Of a stretch of DNA of 22,029 bases, positions 14,992 to 22,029 are shown in pieces. The stretch spans positions 1 to 22,029 of the forward strand of contig JBAXKK010000041.1 of the NCBI GenBank assembly GCA_037137395.1, written 5' to 3'. Position 1 is the first letter of the stretch. The number at the start of each line of letters is the position of its first letter. Source of the stretch: Elusimicrobiota bacterium. GTDB taxonomy: Bacteria; Elusimicrobiota; Elusimicrobia; Elusimicrobiales; UBA9959. The position numbers and the translations under genes were made by a program. The notes beneath the pieces were generated by a model. The model had not been told where the DNA came from and did not search any database. It saw only the letters and a program-made list of their open reading frames with translations.

Positions 14992-16557
14992 ATGAAACGA
15001 ATATTATTTATCCTCACATTCTTAACCCTTATACCCAGGCCCGACCTTTCTGCCCTGACCATTTCCGTCTACCATACCAGCGATGTACACGGCTGGTATT
15101 CCGCGCGGCCAGCCAGATGGGATAAGGAAAACTCCACCCGAGCCATAGGCGGCTTCGCCGCCCTTTCCTCGCTGGTCAACCGGGGAAAAAATCCCTATAT
15201 ACTGCTTGATTCCGGAGACACCTTCCAAGGCACTCCTGAAGGCAGCCTCACCAGGGGCGTGGCTTCCGTCACGCTGATGAATCAACTGGGGTACTCCGCT
15301 GCGGTCGCAGGGAATCATGAGTACGATTATAACGAAGACAACTTTAAACTCATGCTGTCCGGCTCTTCTTTTCCCTGGCTGGGAGCCAATGTTTACGTAA
15401 AAGAAACCGGCAAAGAGCCATCCTACCTTAAACCTTACACCATTATTCAAAAAGCCGGCAAAAAGATAGCCGTGATCGGACTCTCTGGCAGACACACGGC
15501 CACCTCCACTTTTCCGCTCTATGTGAAGCACCTTGAGTTCAGGGATGAAAACAGGGAGGCCGCCAAATGGACGAAGGAAGTAAAGAAATTAAATCCGGAC
15601 GCAATTATAATTCTGACCCATCTCGGATTCGGCGCCGGCGTCGGGCCCAAAACGGATATTTCAACCTGGACATTCACCAGTGACGACACGTCCTCTTATG
15701 GAACCCTGGCAATAGCCAGGGCGGCCAAAGGCGCCAACGTGGTGATTGGCGGACACAATCACGTCGGGCTCCTCAAAGGCTATTACGACAGTCAAAGCGG
15801 GGCCCTGATCGCCGAGAGTTATTCCGGGCTCACCGATGTCAGCAAGATAGACATGGAATTTGACGACGCCACGGGAAAGTTTAAAGGCGCCAAGGATGAG
15901 CTTATTCCGCTTTGGACAGACATGACCGGAGAAGACCAGAAAGTCACTGAAACCATAAAAAAATTCAGCGTCTCGGTGAATAAGGAGATGGATATGCCGC
16001 TGGGAAGCAGCGAAGCCGACCTGGGCTTTGACGCCGACGGCCTCAATTCCCCTATAGGCAACTGGATGACCGACGCCATGCGCCGTCAGGCCGGCACCGA
16101 TATGGCTTTCCAAAACACCGCTGGCATCCGCTCCGACATGAAGAAAGGCGTCCTAAAAATGCGCGATATATATCAGGTTATGCCCTTTGAAAACACTCTC
16201 GTAACTCTGAAAATGACCGGAGCCCAGCTCCACAAACTTATAGCCTACAACCTCAGCGGCGGAAAAGCCAAAATGCAAATGTCCGGCCTGACGGCAAAAT
16301 TCAGCCTGTCCCCGGAAGGTAAAATCACGGATCTTATTCTGGAGAGGGACGGCAAGGTTATAACGCCGGAATCGGAATTCACTGTAGTCACAAATAATTA
16401 TCTCACCAGCGGAGGATCAGGCGGAAGGGCTTTTAACGAAGGCAGCAATATCACGGATACAGCTCTCCCGGTCAGGGATTTCCTGATAAAAGATATACAC
16501 GAGACCTCGCCGCTAAAGCTGCCGTCAGGCCCCAGATTTATAAAGCTGGGGAATTAG
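14992..16557 (+). CDS. Exported bifunctional metallophosphatase/5'-nucleotidase (UshA-like)
   Basis: Signal peptide and intact calcineurin-like motifs HTSDVHG, DSGD, GNHEYD, LTHLG and GGHNH. C-terminal 5'-NT domain with NTAGIR and MPFEN. Confidence 0.93.
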   Translation: MKRILFILTFLTLIPRPDLSALTISVYHTSDVHGWYSARPARWDKENSTRAIGGFAALSSLVNRGKNPYILLDSGDTFQGTPEGSLTRGVASVTLMNQLGYSAAVAGNHEYDYNEDNFKLMLSGSSFPWLGANVYVKETGKEPSYLKPYTIIQKAGKKIAVIGLSGRHTATSTFPLYVKHLEFRDENREAAKWTKEVKKLNPDAIIILTHLGFGAGVGPKTDISTWTFTSDDTSSYGTLAIARAAKGANVVIGGHNHVGLLKGYYDSQSGALIAESYSGLTDVSKIDMEFDDATGKFKGAKDELIPLWTDMTGEDQKVTETIKKFSVSVNKEMDMPLGSSEADLGFDADGLNSPIGNWMTDAMRRQAGTDMAFQNTAGIRSDMKKGVLKMRDIYQVMPFENTLVTLKMTGAQLHKLIAYNLSGGKAKMQMSGLTAKFSLSPEGKITDLILERDGKVITPESEFTVVTNNYLTSGGSGGRAFNEGSNITDTALPVRDFLIKDIHETSPLKLPSGPRFIKLGN

Positions 16558-16591
16558 GCGCCAAACCCGGAAAATAGACCTTTATTAAAAA

Positions 16592-18124
16592 ATGAAACAC
16601 ATCCTCCGATACACGCGCACCAGAATGCAATCCGGACGCCGCGAATATTGGCCCGGCGGAATAATCCGCCCGGCACTCGCCGCTCTGATGCTGCTTTCGC
16701 TTTCAGCCTGCGCTAAGACAGAAAAGATCGCTATCTACGCCACCGCCCGCTCGGGTGGCTGGTTGTGGTCAAGGCCGGAAACTGATTCCGGAAGCGAAAA
16801 AGGTAAAACAGGAGGATACGCGGTATTGCGAAAGGTTTACGCCCGGGAAAAGAACCCAAAGTTGGCAGTGGACCTGGGCAACTGGTTCAGCGATACTCCT
16901 GAGGGATATTTGACCAAGGGCGGGGCAGTAGTCGCCTGTATGAACACCATCCCCTACGCAGTTTCCGCTCTGGGACCGGAAGACCTTGCGCTTTCCCCGA
17001 CCGACCTCGAAAAGCTGGTCAGGGCCTCATCGTTTACGGTCCTGGCTTCAAATCTTTACCTGCGAAATAACAAAAAGCCGCCTTTCATAAAAAGCCAGCA
17101 GATCGTTTACGCCGGCGGGACACGGATCGGTTTCCTGGCTATCACCGTTATGGAACCAGCCAAGGCCAATGTCCAGCGACACCTTTCCAACTATAAACTG
17201 GAGAAGGAAAGTTATGAGATAGCGCGTTCTTTAAAATCGTTGAAGGACGCCGGGGCGCGCGTCACGGTGCTGCTTCTGAGCGTCAACCCAAAGAAGCAGG
17301 CCGGCAAGGATTTTTACGCCTCCTTTCTGGATAAACTTCCCAGATTAGACTTGGTTATCACTGACGACCCCGGGCTAAAAAAACCATTGCGCGTAAACAG
17401 GACCTGGATCGTAGCAGTCCCTCACAAAATCATGTCCGTCGCCAGAATAGAACTCTCCTTCGAGCCGGGCACGGGCCGGCTCGTGGGCATCGGGTCCAGG
17501 AACATCCGTCTTGAAAGAGATAAATACGGGGAGGATGCGGCAACTCTTGAAACCGTTAACAGCCAGCGCGCGCTCATAAAAAGGCTTTTTGCAAAGCGCG
17601 TGGGAGCGGTCGCATCAGATATCAGGAAGTCGGAGAATTCCCTTTCCCCGCTCGGGAATTTCACTGCAGACTGCGTGAAACGCTGGGCTAAGTCAAATGC
17701 CGCGATCATTAATAATTCCGTGCTGGGCGGAGATATTTTAAAAGGCCCCGTGACAACCGGAGATCTCTACAGAACACTCCCGTTCGACACCAGCGTGGTT
17801 TTCGTAAAGATCCGGGGCTCTGACCTGCAAAGGGTGATGGAAGAAACAGCCTCCGGAGACATCAGCGTCGCCGGGATGGAAATACGGATGCGCGGGCCGG
17901 CCCTGGAATCGATGCTGATTGAAGGCGCGCCGGTAAAGCCGGACCATATCTACCGGATAGCGGTCCCGGACTCCATCGTGACTGACAAGGATTATTCCCT
18001 GCTTGCCAGCGCGACCGAGTTCGCCAACTCCCGACGGTTCCTGAGGGAAGTGCTTGGCTGGTGTTTTTCCCGCCAGACGGTGACACCGAAGCCTGATCTC
18101 ATCAGGATAACGAGGACCAAATAA
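16592..18124 (+). CDS. 5'-nucleotidase paralogue with degenerate active site, putative lipoprotein
   Basis: Colinear with the upstream gene (GGYA, DLGN..TPEG, VLASNLY, SPLGNFTAD, LPFD) but the metal ligands are lost. Lipobox LSAC is present. The exact start is uncertain. Confidence 0.82.
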   Translation: MKHILRYTRTRMQSGRREYWPGGIIRPALAALMLLSLSACAKTEKIAIYATARSGGWLWSRPETDSGSEKGKTGGYAVLRKVYAREKNPKLAVDLGNWFSDTPEGYLTKGGAVVACMNTIPYAVSALGPEDLALSPTDLEKLVRASSFTVLASNLYLRNNKKPPFIKSQQIVYAGGTRIGFLAITVMEPAKANVQRHLSNYKLEKESYEIARSLKSLKDAGARVTVLLLSVNPKKQAGKDFYASFLDKLPRLDLVITDDPGLKKPLRVNRTWIVAVPHKIMSVARIELSFEPGTGRLVGIGSRNIRLERDKYGEDAATLETVNSQRALIKRLFAKRVGAVASDIRKSENSLSPLGNFTADCVKRWAKSNAAIINNSVLGGDILKGPVTTGDLYRTLPFDTSVVFVKIRGSDLQRVMEETASGDISVAGMEIRMRGPALESMLIEGAPVKPDHIYRIAVPDSIVTDKDYSLLASATEFANSRRFLREVLGWCFSRQTVTPKPDLIRITRTK

Positions 18125-18711
18125 TGCTGCAGGCTCTGGACGGTTTTCTAAAAAAGTGGATGTTACGCCTAAAAATATTCTCCTTTCTGGCAGCAATCTG
18201 GGCGGTTTTCTTCAGCGTCTTCACCCTCATGGGCCTTCGCGTGGGCTTTGAATATGACGACGGCCTTGTTTTTTCTACGCCCGCCTTCCAGAGCGCCCTG
18301 GAAGAAAAAGTAGAGCCGGGATCCAAGGATTACTGGAACGCGGTTAACCGCGCCTACAAACTTGAGCGCACCAAGCCCGCGCCATGGCTGACAGCATGGT
18401 TTTTTAGGGTCTTCGGCTTTAAAGTTGACATTCTCTGCCAGAGAGATCCGGCCGGCGCCGACTCCCTGGTCCAACGATGGAAACCGCTGGCCGACATCTT
18501 CTTTTTCGCCACTAATGAGAATCAGAAATATGAGTTTCTGGAAAAAAAACCCGTCATCATGTATTTCGCCGCTTCGGACGCGGACATTATCCAGGCCCGC
18601 AAAGCCGGCGTGGCGGCCGTCAGAATAAGGAAAAGTTCCAAATCCAAGCTGCCATCGGAATTTAATCCCCGAAAATTTAAGGAATCCGTACTCCCCCTGT
18701 CAGAGTTTTGA
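18124..18711 (+). CDS. Class B acid phosphatase (AphA)-like HAD protein, degenerate, membrane anchored
   Basis: VGFEYDDGLVFSTPAF and YFAASDADI..ARKAGV..VRI..S..S...F.E.VL..SEF follow the AphA pattern as recalled. N-terminal hydrophobic helix. Confidence 0.75.
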   Translation: MLQALDGFLKKWMLRLKIFSFLAAIWAVFFSVFTLMGLRVGFEYDDGLVFSTPAFQSALEEKVEPGSKDYWNAVNRAYKLERTKPAPWLTAWFFRVFGFKVDILCQRDPAGADSLVQRWKPLADIFFFATNENQKYEFLEKKPVIMYFAASDADIIQARKAGVAAVRIRKSSKSKLPSEFNPRKFKESVLPLSEF

Positions 18712-18735
18712 TCTTTATGGCCCGCCGCCGAACGC

Positions 18736-18764
18736 TTGCTATATACCTCCAAAACTAATAAAAT
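18736..18764 (+). promoter_or_regulatory. sigma70 promoter upstream of the HIT gene
   Basis: TTGCTA, 17-nt spacer, TAAAAT. Confidence 0.6.
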
Positions 18765-18776
18765 ATAGTCATAATA

Positions 18777-19118
18777 ATGGCGGAATGCATTTTTTGCAAA
18801 ATAGCGGAACACGAGATCAACGCAAGATTCGTGCATGAGACGGATGATTTGGCGGCCTTTCAGGACTTAAATCCCCAGGCCCCCACTCATATTATAATCA
18901 TCCCAAAGAAGCACATCAGCCGGCTCTCTGAAGCGACGGCGGAAGACATGGAACTTCTGGGCAAACTCCAGTACGCCGCCAAAGAAATAGCGGAAAAACT
19001 GGGTGTGGCCGAAAGTTTTAGGCTCGTGGCCAATAACGGCCGCAAAGCCGGCCAGACGGTGGACCATCTGCACTACCATCTGCTCGCCGGCCGCAAGATG
19101 AACTGGCCTCCCGGATGA
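18777..19118 (+). CDS. Histidine triad nucleotide-binding protein (HinT-like)
   Basis: CIFCKI, AFQDLNPQAPTH, AGQTVDHLHYHLLAGR and WPPG motifs. Confidence 0.95.
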   Translation: MAECIFCKIAEHEINARFVHETDDLAAFQDLNPQAPTHIIIIPKKHISRLSEATAEDMELLGKLQYAAKEIAEKLGVAESFRLVANNGRKAGQTVDHLHYHLLAGRKMNWPPG

Positions 19119-19123
19119 AAACA

Positions 19124-19233
19124 GCAGTGGCTAGTGATTAGTGACGAGTGAAGGAAAAGGAAGTGTGGAGCGCGTAGCGGTGAACGGATAGGATTTGTTG
19201 ACTATCCACTCACCACTAGACACTAAACACTTT
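19124..19233. repeat. Heptamer arrays in inverted orientation (NNAGTGR / NCACTNN)
   Basis: GCAGTGG CTAGTGA TTAGTGA CGAGTGA (19124-19151) versus TGACTAT CCACTCA CCACTAG ACACTAA ACACTTT (19199-19233). Confidence 0.85.
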
Positions 19234-19256
19234 CTGTAAAAAAGGTGGTGATATTT

Positions 19257-19451
19257 GTGGTGTTCATTAAACTCAGAGATGAAGAGAACATAGAGGAGGC
19301 CCTCAGGCGCTTTAAGCATGAATGCGAAAAAATAGGCATTCTGAAAGAGATTAAACGCCGGGAGCATTACCTTTCCCCCAGCCTCAAAAGAAAGTTAAAA
19401 TCAGAGGAAATGCGACGCAAGTTGCGTAAGAACAGAAGACCTTCTTACTAA
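19257..19451 (+). CDS. rpsU: 30S ribosomal protein S21
   Basis: E.IEEALRRFK..CEK.GIL.EIKRREHY.SPS motif. GTG start at 19257, 5 nt after SD AAGGTGGTGA (19242-19251). Confidence 0.95.
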   Translation: MVFIKLRDEENIEEALRRFKHECEKIGILKEIKRREHYLSPSLKRKLKSEEMRRKLRKNRRPSY

Positions 19452-19465
19452 CCCGGGTCTTGCCT

Positions 19466-19502
19466 TGTCCCCGCGCTCCGCAAGGCGGCGCGGGGACATT
19501 TT
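19466..19502 (+). terminator. Terminator/attenuator hairpin between rpsU and dnaG
   Basis: TGTCCCCGCGC / GCGCGGGGACA 11-bp stem, inner CC-GCAA-GG tetraloop and a short T tract. Same position as the internal terminator of the E. coli rpsU-dnaG-rpoD operon. Confidence 0.75.
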
Positions 19503-19569
19503 AATCGTCATAGCCGGAACCTGGAAAGCTTACGTCAGCGGACAGCGCTAAAAAATCAGCTAACTTAAA

Positions 19570-21336
19570 ATGAATTCTCACGGCATCTCAGATTCCATAA
19601 GGGAAAAACTCGACATTGTTGATGTCGTGCGGGATTATATACCTGAACTCCGGAAAGCCGGCCGCAACTATAAAGCCGTCTGCCCTTTTCACAACGAGAA
19701 AACACCCTCTTTCAATGTCAGCCAGGACAAGCAGTTCTTCTACTGCTTCGGCTGCAGTGAAGGCGGGGACATGTTCACCTTCGTAATGAAGATAGAGGGC
19801 CTGACTTTCGTTGAGGCCCTGAAAAAACTTGCCCAGAAAGCCGGCATACAATGGACAGAGACAGAGTATCACCAACTGAGCGCCAAAGAACGCGAGCGTC
19901 TGGACCTGAAAAAAGTAATGTCCGCGGCCTCCGAATTCTACAAAAAACTGCTTTTTTCAGCCAACGGGGAAAAGGTCCGCTTGTATCTGGGAGGCAGGAA
20001 GATAAATAAAGCAACCGTGGAGTGTTTCGGCCTCGGCTTCGCTCCACCCGACGAACAATCCCTTACCTCTGAACTTGCGCGGCAAGGATTTTCAAAAGAA
20101 TTAATAGTAACGGCTGGACTCGGCGCACTGCGCGCAAACGGACAGGTCTCGGACTATTTCAGAAACCGCGTGATGTTCCCTATACGCAACGCCGCCGGAG
20201 ACATAACGGCCTTCGGAGGCCGGGCCCTGGAAGACGGACAGCAACCCAAATATCTCAATTCCCCCGAAACCCCTCTTTTTTCAAAACGGCGAACGCTTTA
20301 CGGGATCTATGAAGCTCTGCCCCAGATCCGTAAAGAGGGACGCATGCTGATCCTGGAAGGCTATATGGACGTAATAGCCGCCCACCAGCACGGCGTCACA
20401 TTCGCCGTTGCGCCGCTTGGCACCGCGCTTTCCACCGATCACGCCGCTTTTATAAAACGATACTCAAAGGATACCATCCTCATGTTCGACGCTGATGACG
20501 CCGGCATCAGAGCATCCGTGAGAGCTTCGGACACATTCATGGACGCCGGCATGTACGTAAAAGTAGCTGACCTGGGCGAAAGCCTGGACCCGGATGAATA
20601 CCTGAATGAATACGGGCGGGAAGCCTTTGACGCCAAGCTAGCTCAGGCCGCCGACCCTCTGGAATTCCGGATTTCAGCTCTATTGCGCGACCGCACCGGG
20701 GCCATGGCATCCCAGGATAAAGCCAAAATGATAGAGGCGCTCCTGGACACCGTGGTCAAGCAGACCGATGAGATACTTAAAAGCGAATGGGTAAAAACTC
20801 TGGCGAACCGCTTTGATGTAACCCAGGAATCGGTACTGCGCCAGCTTAAGAAAAAATCCGTATACGCCGCGAGCGGACCCGCCGGCGGCAGAAATCGGGA
20901 AGTTGAAACCCCAAAACTTCCGGAAGTGCCGGCCATAGAGCAGGGATTTATCCACTTGCTGATAAAGGACCCATCGCTGATCTCCCAAGCCAAAGAGCTG
21001 ACGGCGCCCGACTTCCAGAGCCCTATTTCAAAAAGCGTGTTTTCGGCCATCAGGGACATGGAAGGTTCTGACCCTTCTAAAACTATTTCCAGGCTGATTG
21101 AACTTTTTCCGGAATATGCCGCGCTTATCATGAAACTTTCGGTAGAAGAATTGGGCCCGGACGTGAACACTCCCCAGAACGCGGCCAGGGCCGCAGAAAC
21201 AATACGCAGACTTTCACTGGAGCGCAAGAGGAAAGAGCTTAAAAGCCGCATTGGCTCGCTGAAGCAGACCGAAATGGCGGAATACATGGCCCTTTCAGCG
21301 CTCCTCAAGACCACGGCTAAGACAGATTTTGAGTAA
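19570..21336 (+). CDS. dnaG: DNA primase
   Basis: Zn finger CPFHNEKTPSF..CFGC, FRNRVMFPI, FGGRAL, PKYLNSPET, EGYMDV, FDADDAG and DPDE motifs. Confidence 0.98.
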   Translation: MNSHGISDSIREKLDIVDVVRDYIPELRKAGRNYKAVCPFHNEKTPSFNVSQDKQFFYCFGCSEGGDMFTFVMKIEGLTFVEALKKLAQKAGIQWTETEYHQLSAKERERLDLKKVMSAASEFYKKLLFSANGEKVRLYLGGRKINKATVECFGLGFAPPDEQSLTSELARQGFSKELIVTAGLGALRANGQVSDYFRNRVMFPIRNAAGDITAFGGRALEDGQQPKYLNSPETPLFSKRRTLYGIYEALPQIRKEGRMLILEGYMDVIAAHQHGVTFAVAPLGTALSTDHAAFIKRYSKDTILMFDADDAGIRASVRASDTFMDAGMYVKVADLGESLDPDEYLNEYGREAFDAKLAQAADPLEFRISALLRDRTGAMASQDKAKMIEALLDTVVKQTDEILKSEWVKTLANRFDVTQESVLRQLKKKSVYAASGPAGGRNREVETPKLPEVPAIEQGFIHLLIKDPSLISQAKELTAPDFQSPISKSVFSAIRDMEGSDPSKTISRLIELFPEYAALIMKLSVEELGPDVNTPQNAARAAETIRRLSLERKRKELKSRIGSLKQTEMAEYMALSALLKTTAKTDFE

Positions 21337-21377
21337 ATTTAACCCAGCTAAATGAAACGGAGAAGGAGAGAAATACT

Positions 21378-22029
21378 ATGGCGCAGGCACGAAAAGCTTT
21401 AAAAGACCTTGTGGAACTCGGCAAGGAGCATGGTTACATCACCCTTGAAGAGATTAACCGTTCTCTAACCAACGCCTCCATGTCCAGCGAGGAAATAGAC
21501 ACTCTCATGGGCACTCTTGAGGACCTCGGCATCGAGGTTGTGGATCGCAAAAAATTCAAGATGGTCGCGGCGGCAGAACGTGAAGCGTACACTGAAGAGT
21601 GGGACTCGGCGCCGGATGTTTCAAACTCCATAAGGATGTACCTCTCCGAAATGGGCAAAGTCCCGCTTCTGACCCGCGACGAGGAAGTAACGCTCGCCCG
21701 AAACTCCCGCGAGCGCGAGAAAGAACTCCGCATGCTGGTGCTGGAATCCCCCATAACCATGAGGGAGATACGCAACTGGGAAAATCTTATCGAGCAGGAG
21801 GAGATGACGACCAAGGAGCTTATGCCCCGCGGCCGTAAATCCAACCAGGAACTCTCCGCCATGAAGCGCAAGATGAAGAATGTCGCCAATCTCATCACCA
21901 AGACCGAAAAGGAAATAGCCAAGCTTACCGAACGTTTCAACAAGCCCAAGCTACCCAACGAGCAGAAGAAAAATATCGCCGCGATTATAGACAAAAAACG
22001 CAAGGATATTGTTAAGACAATAATAAATC
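21378..22029 (+). CDS. rpoD: RNA polymerase primary sigma factor (5' part; runs off the window)
   Basis: Not in the ORF track. Manual translation gives MAQARKALKDLVELGKEHGYITLEEIN (region 1.1) ... IRMYLSEMGKVPLLTRDEEVTLA (region 1.2). SD AAGGAG, directly after dnaG. Confidence 0.95.
   Translation, partial: MAQARKALKDLVELGKEHGYITLEEINRSLTNASMSSEEIDTLMGTLEDLGIEVVDRKKFKMVAAAEREAYTEEWDSAPDVSNSIRMYLSEMGKVPLLTRDEEVTLARNSREREKELRMLVLESPITMREIRNWENLIEQEEMTTKELMPRGRKSNQELSAMKRKMKNVANLITKTEKEIAKLTERFNKPKLPNEQKKNIAAIIDKKRKDIVKTIIN

Noticed and set aside
5908..19118. rdgB, dcd, nucleotidases and HIT as one nucleotide-depletion defence island
   Set aside because: The genes are dispersed among core housekeeping operons, look like canonical housekeeping forms and show no mobility signatures.
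338..19233. CRISPR array interpretation of the repeats
   Set aside because: Units are 7-8 nt in tandem with no unique spacers, and there are no cas genes.
19534..19561. Weak heptamer echo GTCAGCG GACAGCG ... ATCAGCT before dnaG
   Set aside because: Too few and too degenerate units to distinguish from chance.
21434..22003. 189-aa minus-strand ORF and other short ORFs overlapping called genes
   Set aside because: Antisense or out-of-frame shadows of well-supported genes (here rpoD), with no recognisable motifs.

Overview
Bacterial housekeeping region of about 22 kb. Gene content and style suggest Elusimicrobiota, but this is an inference only. The minus-strand block is rdgB | TPR protein-murC-rsmA-Xaa-Pro peptidase-lemA (partial). 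The plus-strand block is SseB/TPR multidomain protein, clostripain-family protease, squalene/phytoene synthase, dcd, TPR protein, rplM-rpsI, a 5'-nucleotidase with two degenerate phosphatase homologues, HIT protein and rpsU-dnaG-rpoD (partial). No tRNA, rRNA, CRISPR array or transposase was seen. Five signals are not explained by the gene calls. (1) Six co-directional gene junctions carry 7- or 8-nt-period tandem arrays of unrelated sequence, four with an inverted second arm, one a telomere-like (TTTAGGG/TTCAGGG) G-quadruplex candidate. (2) An unassigned ~145-nt RNA has its own near-consensus promoter and terminator. (3) An intact UshA-like nucleotidase is followed by two coupled pseudo-phosphatases from different folds. 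(4) Several mRNAs appear leaderless, including rplM. (5) The C11 protease lacks the S1 Asp.
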